This document shows, piece after piece, positions 19,799-31,803 of a stretch of 64,000 bases of DNA. The notes under the pieces are model-generated. The model did not search any database. It saw only the letters and a list, made by a program, of their open reading frames with translations, and was not told the origin of the DNA. The stretch's first letter is position 1. Each line of letters starts with the position of its first letter. The stretch covers positions 160,001 through 224,000 of the forward strand of contig CAWAWS010000039.1 of NCBI GenBank assembly GCA_963785725.1, given 5' to 3'. This DNA is from an uncultured delta proteobacterium. GTDB lineage: Bacteria; Myxococcota_A; Polyangia; Palsa-1104. A program made the position numbers and the translations under genes.

Positions 19799-21429
19799 TG
19801 GTTGCCTTTACCGAGCGCGTCGTTGAGCACGAGGTCCGAGTAGCGACGCGCGTTCGAACGGACGCGCCCGATGAACCAGCCGCCGAAGCCGAGGCCGAAG
19901 AGCGCGAACATCAAGAGCGACAGCAGCTGCTGCAACAACGGCGACGCCAGCCAAATCCACACCAGCTCGCCCAAAAAGCAGACGAACGAGAAGGGAATGA
20001 AGTATTTCCAGCACAAATTCATCATCTGATCGACGCGGAAGCGCGGCAGCGTCCAGCGAATCCAGATGATGACGAAGACGATGGCCACGTCTTTGCCGAG
20101 GAACGTCAGGAAGCCGACGAGATCGAGCGCGCGATGGTGCTCGATGAACGCGGTCGTCAGAAACGGCACGCGCCAGCCGCCCAAAAAGAGGAGCGTGCCG
20201 ACCGCGCCGATGACGGCGAGGTTGACCCATTCGACGAGCGGAAACAGCGAGAAGCGAAAGCCGGAATATTCGGTGTTGTAGCCGCTGACGAGCTCCGACT
20301 CGGCTTCGGGCAGGTCGAACGGCGTGCGATTGCCCTCCGCCAGCGCCGAGATGAACCAAATGAAGAAGGCGACGAAGGTGAACGGGTCGCGAAAGAGGTA
20401 CCATTGCCAGGGCCAGCCGCCCTGTTGCTCGATGATCTTCTGCGTCGACAAGGAGCCGGTCAGCGCGGCGATGGTCAAGAGCGCCACCGACGCCGGCAGC
20501 TCGTAGCTGATGATCTGCGCGGCCGAGCGCATGCCGCCGAGCAGCGACCACTTCGAGTTCGACGACCAGCCGCCCATGATGATCGACACGACCACGAGCG
20601 GCGTCACCGCGAGCAAGAACAAGAGGCCGATGTCGAGATCGGACACGACCAGAAAGCGAGAGAACGGCAGCACGATGAACGTCAAGAACATGCCGATGAA
20701 CGCGAGATAGGGCGCGGCGCGAAACAGCCGCGGATCGGCCTCGCGCGGGACGATGTCCTCTTTCATCAGCAGCTTGAGGCCGTCGGCGAGCCACTGCAGC
20801 CAGCCGCCCGGGCCGACGCGATTGGGGCCGAGGCGCGAGCCCATGTAGCCGGAGATCTTGCGCTCCCACACGACGACGAGGCCGGCGATGACCGGCAGCG
20901 GGCCGGCGACGATGGCGGCGGCGGCGGCGAGCGCGACGAGCCACCACAGCCACGCCGGTCCCGGCAGCCGCGCCGACCAGCCGTTGGCGAGGTGCTGCAG
21001 GCTCGGCGGAAACAGATCGACGTCGAAGGGCGTGCGCGCGTCGGACGTCCAGCGCTGCGGCGCGCCGCCGAACGACTGCTGCACGGTGACCGTCGTCGGG
21101 CCGCGCGTGTGTTGGCGGGCGACGGCCGATTCGACGCTGTCGTCGGCGTCGGCGACGACGCGATCGGGCGCGACGGCGCGCGCCGGCAGCTCGAGCGGGC
21201 GGCCGATGGCGTCGCGCAGGTCATCGAGCACGACGCGCGTCGCGGCGCCGACGACGAAGACGGGCGCGTCGGCTTCGACGAGCATGCGTTCGCCGCGCTG
21301 CAGCTTGGTCGGGCGCGCGTCGCGGATGGCGCCTTCGCGCGCGACGGCGGCCGCGGTCGCGGCTGGCGACCGATCGTTCGCGCAACCGGCCGCGACGACG
21401 ACGAGCGCGACTGCCGCGAGCCGCGTCAT
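19795..21429 (-). CDS. nuoH: NADH-quinone oxidoreductase subunit H with N-terminal lipoprotein-like extension
   Basis: ERKISG..RLGPNRVG, LADGLKLLMKE, SNSKWSLLGGMRSAAQIISYE, NRTPFDLPEAESELVSG and PRFRVDQ; start [16 protein letters not shown] overlaps the nuoD stop. Confidence 0.92.
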
Positions 21430-22565
21430 CAACGATCGATCTCCGGCGCCACGACATCGAGCGACGCGATCAGCGCCACCAAATCCGCGACCATGAGGCC
21501 ACGCGATTTGTCGCGAATGATGCCCATGGCGTTGAACGAGCCGGTGCGAAAGCGCGCCCGATAGGCGTGCGCGCCGCCGTCGCCGACCACGTAGCAGCTC
21601 ATGTCGCCGCGCGCCGCTTCCACGCGCGCCATGGCGTCGCCTTTGGGCTTGAGCTTCTTCGGCTGCTTCCAGAAGTCGGGCGGCGTCGCGTCGATGAGGT
21701 CGAGGCACTGGCGGATCATCGACACCGACTGGCGCCACTCTTGACCGCGCACCCAATAGCGATCCCAGCAGTCGCCGACGACGCCCATGAGGCCGCGTCC
21801 GATGGGGACCTCGAACTTGAGCTTGCCGTAGATGGAGTAGGGCAGGTCGCGGCGCACGTCGAAGTCGACGCCCGAGGCGCGCAAGTTCGGTCCGACGAGC
21901 CCGAACGACTTGGCCTCGTCGGCGGTGATGACGGCGAGGTTGGCGAGCCGGCGCACGAACAGCTCGTTGTGCGTGATGAGCCGATCGAACTCGTCGGCGA
22001 CGTACTCGAAGTGGTCGCACCAGGCGAGCACTTTGTCGCGCCAGCCGGCGGGCATGTCCCAGCCGACGCCGCCGATGCGATGGTAGTTGTAGGTCAAGCG
22101 CGCGCCGCAGAGCATCTCGAGCAGCTCGTTGACGTACTCGCGCTCGCGCAAGATGTACGTGAACGGCGTGATGGCGCCGATGTCCATCGCCGTGGCGCCG
22201 AGCGCGATGCAGTGCGAGCTGATGCGGTTGAGCTCGTCGGAGATGACGCGCAAATACTCCGCGCGCTCCGGCACCGGCAAGTCGGCCAATTTCTCGACGG
22301 CGAGCGCCCACACGTGATTGGCCGGCATCGCGCACACGTAGTCGACGCGATCGGTGTAGGGCATGAAGCCCTCGTACGTGCACTTCTCGGCGATGTGCTC
22401 GATGGCGCGATGCAAGTAGCCGACGTCGGGGATCGCCTCGTGCATGATCTCGCCGTCGGTCCTGATGATGAAGCGGATGACGCCGTGGGTGCTCGGATGC
22501 TGCGGCCCCATGTTGAGCGTCATCTCTTCGCCCGACGCCTCGTAGGCCAAGATGAGCTCGCTCAT
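21429..22565 (-). CDS. nuoD: NADH-quinone oxidoreductase subunit D
   Basis: [26 protein letters not shown] and C-terminal DVVAPEIDR; no hydrogenase CxxC motifs. Confidence 0.96.
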   Translation of the reverse strand: MSELILAYEASGEEMTLNMGPQHPSTHGVIRFIIRTDGEIMHEAIPDVGYLHRAIEHIAEKCTYEGFMPYTDRVDYVCAMPANHVWALAVEKLADLPVPERAEYLRVISDELNRISSHCIALGATAMDIGAITPFTYILREREYVNELLEMLCGARLTYNYHRIGGVGWDMPAGWRDKVLAWCDHFEYVADEFDRLITHNELFVRRLANLAVITADEAKSFGLVGPNLRASGVDFDVRRDLPYSIYGKLKFEVPIGRGLMGVVGDCWDRYWVRGQEWRQSVSMIRQCLDLIDATPPDFWKQPKKLKPKGDAMARVEAARGDMSCYVVGDGGAHAYRARFRTGSFNAMGIIRDKSRGLMVADLVALIASLDVVAPEIDR

Positions 22566-23098
22566 GTCGGCTCCTTCGTGGCCTTGTCCCAGATGGGCAA
22601 GAGGTCGAGCGTGTTCGGCCGCGTCGTCGGCATGCCGCGATATTGCGTCGCCTCTTGGTAATCCTTGCGCATCGGATGCCCCGGCCAATCGTCGGGCAGC
22701 ATGATGCGCCGCAAGTCGGGATGGCCGACGAAGACGACGCCCAAGAGGTCGAACTGCTCGCGCTCGGACCAATCGGCGGCCCGCCAAATGTGCGCCACCG
22801 ACGGCACTTCCGGCTTGGCCCGCGGCAGCGCGATCTTGACGACGCAGCCGTGTCGTTGCGCGTACGACCACAAGTGATAGACGATCTCGAGCTGCTCCTG
22901 CTTGATCCAATCGACCGCCGTCAGGTTCTGCAGGAACTCGAAGGCGAAGTCGCGATCGTCGCGCAGCGCCGTGGCGACCTCGAGCCAGCGCTCGGCGCGG
23001 ACGCGGAAGTACGGATCTTTGGTGCCGTCGGTCGTGAAGTCGTGGACGGCGTCGCCGAAGCGGCGCTCGAGCGCGTCGAAGAGGCTGCGGGCGTCCAT
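22562..23098 (-). CDS. nuoC: NADH-quinone oxidoreductase subunit C
   Basis: LTAVDW and [40 protein letters not shown]. Confidence 0.95.
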   Translation of the reverse strand: MDARSLFDALERRFGDAVHDFTTDGTKDPYFRVRAERWLEVATALRDDRDFAFEFLQNLTAVDWIKQEQLEIVYHLWSYAQRHGCVVKIALPRAKPEVPSVAHIWRAADWSEREQFDLLGVVFVGHPDLRRIMLPDDWPGHPMRKDYQEATQYRGMPTTRPNTLDLLPIWDKATKEPT

Positions 23099-23108
23099 CA
23101 GCCGGCCG

Positions 23109-23519
23109 TCACGTCTCGGTATTTTCGAGCGTGTCTTGTCGCGACGCCTTGATCCACTCGAGATCCCCGTGCCGCCAGACATAAGCGAGCCCGAGCGCCA
23201 GAATCGCGATGAAGACGAAGAGCTCGACGAACGCCACGCCGCCGAGGCCGCGCGCCACCCAGCGACGGAAGACGACCGCGACCGGATAGGTGAAGGCGAC
23301 CTCGACGTCGAAGATGAGGAAGACCAGCGCCACGATGTAAAAGCGCGGATTGAAGTTGAACCAGGCCGATTCGACGGGCACTTCGCCGCATTCGTAGACG
23401 GTCAGCTTGTCGAACTCGGGCACTCTCGGTCGGACCAGCCAACCAAGCGTCAGCATCAGCAGCGGAACCGACAGTCCCACCGCGACGAAGAAGAAGATGC
23501 TGGCGAGCTCGAAATGCAC
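23109..23519 (-). CDS. nuoA: NADH-quinone oxidoreductase subunit A
   Basis: YECGE, FYIVALVFLIFDVEVAFTYP and GDLEW; GTG start at 23519. Confidence 0.95.
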   Translation of the reverse strand: MHFELASIFFFVAVGLSVPLLMLTLGWLVRPRVPEFDKLTVYECGEVPVESAWFNFNPRFYIVALVFLIFDVEVAFTYPVAVVFRRWVARGLGGVAFVELFVFIAILALGLAYVWRHGDLEWIKASRQDTLENTET

Positions 23520-23529
23520 GTTGTGCTCC

Positions 23530-23558
23530 GAAATAGCCGTTCGTCGGCGCAGGGTCAA
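23530..23558 (-). promoter_or_regulatory. Putative sigma70 promoter of the nuo operon (TTGACC-N17-TATTTC)
   Basis: -35 at 23553-23558, 17-nt spacer, imperfect -10 just upstream of the nuoA GTG. Confidence 0.5.
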
Positions 23559-23603
23559 GCGCCGGCAAGGCTCGCATTTGCGCGCGCCCGACCGACGGAA
23601 TGA

Positions 23604-23645
23604 CTAGAACATGTTCTAGCCTAAATGTAACGTGTTCTAGTTACA
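23604..23645. promoter_or_regulatory. AT-rich nested palindromes, candidate operator upstream of nuoA
   Basis: Perfect palindrome CTAGAACATGTTCTAG at 23604-23619; TGTAAC-N8-GTTACA at 23626-23645; CTAGAACAYGTT repeated with a 21-bp period on the minus strand. Confidence 0.65.
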
Positions 23646-24117
23646 GCTTGCGCAGATCGAAGCGGCCGTTGACCAGCTCCTCGCGTCCCCACGGGAAGGC
23701 CACTTTGTCGACGGCCGAAGCGGTCGTCGCGGCCAAATCGGGGCGAAAGCCGGGCTCGCGGCGCACCAAAGCGACCGTGAAGGCGTCCTTGATGCCGACG
23801 CGCTTGAGCTCGTGCAGCGCGATGCGGAAGGTATCGCCGGTGCGCGACAGGTCGTCGACGAGACAGACGCTGCGGTCGGCCAGGTCGCGCGTGGGCGGCA
23901 CGATGACGCGCGTGACGCCGCCGCGTTTGGCCAGGCGAATGGGGAAATATTCTTTGTTGAGCATGAAGCTCAGCGTGGTGCCGACGATCGATCCGCCGCG
24001 AGCGATGCCCACGACGGCGTCGACCGGTCCGCGGTTGTACACCGCCACCGCCAGCTGCTTACACAGCTCGCCGAACTCTTGCCAACTGATGTCACGACGC
24101 GGTCCGTCGCCGGGAAT
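23641..24117 (-). CDS. Type I phosphoribosyltransferase (xanthine/hypoxanthine PRT-like)
   Basis: ISWQEFGELC, VVGIARGG, PRPP loop CLVDDLSRTGDT and FPW; homology extends upstream of GTG 24048 to an in-frame ATT at 24117. Confidence 0.85.
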   Translation of the reverse strand: MPGDGPRRDISWQEFGELCKQLAVAVYNRGPVDAVVGIARGGSIVGTTLSFMLNKEYFPIRLAKRGGVTRVIVPPTRDLADRSVCLVDDLSRTGDTFRIALHELKRVGIKDAFTVALVRREPGFRPDLAATTASAVDKVAFPWGREELVNGRFDLRKL

Positions 24118-24161
24118 GGCACACCTCCGGCCGATATCGTACCGCGAACGGGCGGGTCTGC

Positions 24162-25244
24162 CTACTTCTTGGACTTCTTCTTGGCGCCGGGCGTTTCGGA
24201 GTCACCGAGCAGATCGTCCATGGCGCTACCCGACGACGACGATTTGGCCGCCGGAGCCGCGGCCGGCGTCGACGAGGCCGGCGTTGCGGCGGTGGGCGGC
24301 GTCGCACCGCCGGCGGCGGCCTGCTGATCGCTGCCCGGCGCGCCCGGCGCCAGCTCGGCCAGCTGCACGGCGTATTCGGCGGGGATCGACTTGTCGAGCA
24401 GCTCGGCGCGGCCCAGCTTGGGATAGCGCGCGAGCATGCGGCGCTTGACGTCGGCCGCGGCGCCGCCGGCGATACGCGCGGGCGCGCCCTGCTTGACGTG
24501 CTCGGCGACGGCGTCGTGGAAGAACTTCAAGTACGCCAGCGTGTCGTCGAGCAGCTCGGGGCCGCCGGACGTGCCGTGCGACGGGTAGATCAGCTTGGGC
24601 TCGAGCGCCTTCAGCTCGGCGATGCGGTCTTGCCACACTTTGCTGCGGCCCCAGGTGAGGTCGAGGTGCTGCTTGCCGGCGACGACATCACCGGCGATGA
24701 GCTCGCCCGTCTTCGGCAGGTAGACCGCGAGCGACGCCTCGGCGGCGGCGGGGCCGAGCGGGATGATCTCGACTTCCACTTCGCCGACGATGTCGTGCAT
24801 GCGCTCTTCGACGGCGGGCGTCGGCGCGTCGACGTGGCGCGGCACGTCGTCGCCGACGCGGCGGCGCAGGATCGAGAGGCGCTGGTCGCCGTGGTTCTGA
24901 ATCTCGGTCGCGATCGCCGGCGTCGTCCACGCCGGCACGTCCGGCTTGCGCATCTCGGCGAGGCCACCGAAGTGCGTCGGCGACGCCTCGGTGATGTAGA
25001 TGCGATAGGGGCGGATCATCTTGCCGCGCATGCTCTTGGCGTCCGACGTCGTGGCCGGCACGTCGACGACGATCGGCCCCGTCTGCGTGTCGAACCAGTA
25101 GACGTTGACGTGGTCGCCGTCGCTGCCTTGGCTGAACGTGTGCACGATTCCGCCGGACGACTTCGGGTGAACGATGCCGAGCTCGGCCATCGGGCCGCAG
25201 CCCGCGACGAGCACGACCACTGCGACCATCATTTTCGTGCGCAT
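24162..25244 (-). CDS. Metallo-beta-lactamase-fold lipoprotein with degenerate metal site
   Basis: Lipobox LVAGC; VNVYW, IVVD, YITEASPTH (in place of THxHxDH), LIAGD and YPSHG; promoter TTGACG-N18-TATTGT 7 nt before ATG 25244. Confidence 0.8.
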   Translation of the reverse strand: MRTKMMVAVVVLVAGCGPMAELGIVHPKSSGGIVHTFSQGSDGDHVNVYWFDTQTGPIVVDVPATTSDAKSMRGKMIRPYRIYITEASPTHFGGLAEMRKPDVPAWTTPAIATEIQNHGDQRLSILRRRVGDDVPRHVDAPTPAVEERMHDIVGEVEVEIIPLGPAAAEASLAVYLPKTGELIAGDVVAGKQHLDLTWGRSKVWQDRIAELKALEPKLIYPSHGTSGGPELLDDTLAYLKFFHDAVAEHVKQGAPARIAGGAAADVKRRMLARYPKLGRAELLDKSIPAEYAVQLAELAPGAPGSDQQAAAGGATPPTAATPASSTPAAAPAAKSSSSGSAMDDLLGDSETPGAKKKSKK

Positions 25245-25351
25245 GGCGGGCACAATAGCGCTGCGTTTTCACCGACGTCAATAAGCCCGCGCGACGCGCA
25301 CCCATACGCACGCAGCGGCTGCGCGGCGCGACCGCCGTGCCGGACGCGCAA

Positions 25352-25508
25352 GTGTGTGCCGAGCGCGTGACTTTGCAGCTGGGGGCGAACCGCGGCGCTC
25401 CGAGACGCCGATGGCGATAAACCAAGCACCGCGGCGCCCCGATCCGCCGCTGGCCGGCACGACGGAGCTTCGGCGCGCGTGCCCACCGGGCACCTGCCGC
25501 GCCGAAGC
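25352..25508. repeat. Dispersed structured intergenic repeat, copy 3 (inverted relative to copies 1 and 2)
   Basis: tgggggcgaac..cggcgct.cgagac ... cgatccgccgctggccggcacgacggagc matches the reverse complement of copies 1 and 2; hairpin at 25467-25508. Confidence 0.85.
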
Positions 25509-25745
25509 CGCAGGACGACCGCTCAGCCGATGCTGCTCGTGGCGAAGGTCGCGTCCGCACGAAGACGCTCGCCGAACGCTCGCCCGAGTGTGTGTGAACG
25601 CCGACAGGAGCAACTTTTGGCCGGCGAACGCGATAATGGGTGGGCGGATGGGGGAAATCCGTCGAGCCCACCATCCTCTGGAATCGGCCGATCTTCCGGA
25701 ATCGATCGTCGCCGCTGCCCCGCCCGCCCGCCCGCTCGCCGTCCG

Positions 25746-26210
25746 TCACTTCCGCGGCGGCCGCCACCGATCATCCGCCGCCGCTTGATCCCGCCGTTCC
25801 CGCCGCCGCATCCCCGCCTTATCTTCCGCCTCCCGCTGCAACCCCGCCGCCTCGCGCGCCCGCAGCGCCTGCTCCAGCCGCTCCTGCGCCAGCGTAACCC
25901 CTCGCAACGCCAGCGTAACCTCCCGTTCCGCAGACTCCAAGCTCACCTCCGCCGCCGCCAACCGCGCGCGCACCTCGCCCGCGAACGCCTCCCGCGCCGC
26001 GAGGTCGCCCACCCGTCGCCGCCCACCGCTCACGCCTGCCGCCGATTCCCGCAGGCGCGCCTTCAGCGCATCCGCCGCCGCCTTGGCCGCCGCGCGCGCC
26101 GACTCCGCCCGGTCCACCGCCGCGCGTGCGTCCGCCAGCCCGCGCATCGCCTCCAGCTCCTCCGCGCGCCTCAGTCGCAACAATGTTTCAGTCGTGGCAC
26201 GCGGCGGCAC
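25746..26210 (-). CDS. FliJ/SctO(YscO)-like coiled-coil protein
   Basis: 154 aa, all helical; N-terminal ETLLRLRRAEE and C-terminal RRERRDQAAADD resemble the FliJ/YscO pattern. Confidence 0.55.
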   Translation of the reverse strand: MPPRATTETLLRLRRAEELEAMRGLADARAAVDRAESARAAAKAAADALKARLRESAAGVSGGRRRVGDLAAREAFAGEVRARLAAAEVSLESAEREVTLALRGVTLAQERLEQALRAREAAGLQREAEDKAGMRRRERRDQAAADDRWRPPRK

Positions 26211-26252
26211 AACCCATTGTAACCCGCCCGTGCGTGCTATGCTGACTGCGCC

Positions 26253-28499
<2,247 letters not shown>

Positions 28500-28500
28500 G

Positions 28501-28551
28501 AAATAAGGGACAAATAAGGGGTTTGACGGTGCGGACCCCTCACGATAGAAT
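28501..28551 (+). promoter_or_regulatory. Sigma70 promoter TTGACG-N17-TAGAAT preceded by direct repeat AAATAAGGG x2
   Basis: -35 at 28523-28528, -10 at 28546-28551; repeats at 28501-28509 and 28512-28520. Confidence 0.75.
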
Positions 28552-28566
28552 CAACCGTCCCGATAG

Positions 28567-29931
<1,365 letters not shown>

Positions 29932-30068
29932 CAGGCGGCAGGCCGCAGGTCGGTCGGCCGCGCGACTCTGCGCGGTCGGTTCGTTCGCTTCCGAGTGTGA
30001 CGGCTGTTGCGGCTTGGACGGGGGTCGGCGGTCGGTTCGTTGCCGGAGGGGTTGTCGACCGGCGCGGA

Positions 30069-30223
30069 CGCAGCGGGCGCCCGGTGGGCGCGCTGCGGCC
30101 GAGCTCCGACGGGCCGGCCAGCGGTGGATCGCGCAACGGTGTGGTTGGTTTATAGAGGGCTTGGTCTCGAAGCGCCGACGTTCGCCCCCAAACGCGGAAG
30201 TAGAAACGAGCACAGCGTTGGCG
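30069..30223. repeat. Dispersed structured intergenic repeat, copy 2
   Basis: Colinear with 9351-9463; hairpin cgcagcg-gg-cgccc-ggt-gggcg-cgctgcg at 30069-30097. Confidence 0.9.
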
Positions 30224-30297
30224 CCGAATGACTGTCACGACGCGTGGTCGACCGCCACTTCTTGGCGGCACTGTCGTCGTCGCGCCTGTGGCCGGGG

Positions 30298-30936
30298 CTA
30301 GGCGATTTCGCGTTCGAGCTGCTGCAGGTACTGACGCAGGAATTCGCTGCGTTCGCGCGCCATGCGTAGCGCCGTCGCCGTGTGCATGCGATCGCCGACG
30401 AGCAGCAGCTTCTTGTAGAAGTGGTCGACCGCGAACTCCTTGTCGACGGGCGCGCGCTCGCGGCAGAACGGATCGTCGACGGCATAGAACGGCCGGCCCA
30501 TGACGGCGGTCGTCGCGAAGCAGCGCGCGATGCCGATGGCGCCGATGGCGTCGAGCCGGTCGGCGTCCTGCAGCACGCGCGCCTCCAACGTCTCGGGCAC
30601 GACGCCGCGCGAGAACGAGTGCACGCGAATGCAGTATTCGACGCGCGTCGCGAAGTGATCGTCGTAGCCGTATGCGCGCAACAGCGCCGCCGCTTCGTCC
30701 GCACACCGATCGCCGGACAGCGCCGAGTCGGGATGATCCTTCGGCAGATTATGCAGCTCGTGCAGCAGCGCCGCCGTCTCGACGACGTCGACGTCAGCGC
30801 CTTCGGCGGCCGCGATCGTGCGCGCGTGCGACATGACGCGGCGAACGTGCAGCGCGTCGTGCGCCGGCTCGGCGTTGACCACGCGGCCGAGCGCATCGTC
30901 GCGCAGCCGCGCAAACCGTTGGCGATCGAGCGACAC
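30298..30936 (-). CDS. HD-domain phosphohydrolase (YedJ-like; HE in place of HD)
   Basis: AHDALHVRRV, ALLHE, VHSFS, LQDADRLDAIGAIGIARCF and HFYKKLL. Confidence 0.88.
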   Translation of the reverse strand: MSLDRQRFARLRDDALGRVVNAEPAHDALHVRRVMSHARTIAAAEGADVDVVETAALLHELHNLPKDHPDSALSGDRCADEAAALLRAYGYDDHFATRVEYCIRVHSFSRGVVPETLEARVLQDADRLDAIGAIGIARCFATTAVMGRPFYAVDDPFCRERAPVDKEFAVDHFYKKLLLVGDRMHTATALRMARERSEFLRQYLQQLEREIA

Positions 30937-30941
30937 GCGCG

Positions 30942-31803
30942 TCAGACCGGGAGCGCGAGGCCTTCGCGGGCAGCGACGAGCTCGACCGCGCGGCCGCCGC
31001 GTTCGTCGAGCAGCCGCCGCGTGCGCTCGGCCAGCGAGTCGACGATGTCGTCGGAATAATCCTGATCGTAATGAAACATCACGAGCTTGCCAACGCCGGC
31101 TTCGACCGCTGCCTGCGCCGCGTCCGCGATCGACGAAAAGCCGCGCGCCAAACGCAACGCGCGATCTTCGGGCGAATACGTGCAGTCGTGAATGAGCACA
31201 TCGGCGCCGGCGTAGAGCGCGCGCACTTCGGCGGTCGCACCGCCCGGCGGATAACCGGCGTCGCTGGCATAGACGAGCGAACGACCGTCCTCTTCGAAGC
31301 GATAGGCCAGCGCCTGCGTCGCGCCGTGCGGATTGAGCCGCGCCAACACGCGCACGCCATGACAGTCGAAGCTCGGATCCTTCGCCATGCCATCGACGGG
31401 CCGCAATTCGATCGCCGCGCCCAAGTTGCGCATCGTGTGCAGCGGCGAAAAATGCGGGTTCATCTGACCTTCGAGAATGCCCTCGAGCATCGACGACGAA
31501 CGCCCCGGGCCATGCACGACCAGCTTGTTCCCGGCGACGAACACCGGCGCGAAAAAGGGGAAGCCTTGGATGTGATCCCAATGCGCATGCGACAAGAAGA
31601 TCTGCGCCGCGCCCGCGCCCTTGCCGAACGGACCGGCCATCAGCTTGCGGCCGAACGGAATCGCGCCCGTTCCCATGTCGAGCACGAACAGGTCGCCGCC
31701 CGCCGTTCGCAGCTCGACGCACGACGTGTTCCCGCCGTAGCGGTTCATTTCCGGGACCGGGCGCAGGCACGGAGCCGCGCACGCCCCAGAAAGTTACCTC
31801 CAT
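30942..31803 (-). CDS. MBL-fold metallo-hydrolase (phosphodiesterase-like); frameshift near 31752
   Basis: MEVTFWGVRGSVP / RYGGNTSCVE, SHAHWDHIQG, LNPHG and LVMFHYD. Confidence 0.9.

Noticed and set aside
21429..22565. Group 4 NiFe hydrogenase large subunit
   Set aside because: No CxxC nickel ligands; has NuoD quinone-site motifs
11046..22661. Very long plus-strand ORFs (e.g. 11046..13292, 13126..15576, 18754..21564)
   Set aside because: Antisense shadows of the nuo and agu genes caused by high-GC codon bias; no recognisable motifs
23604..23619. LexA (GAAC-N4-GTTC) box
   Set aside because: The spacer is only 2 nt and the downstream genes are respiratory
29972..30041. 14-nt direct repeat GCGGTCGGTTCGTT as a target-site duplication of the repeat element
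   Set aside because: Both copies lie on the same side of the element and have no counterpart at the other two copies
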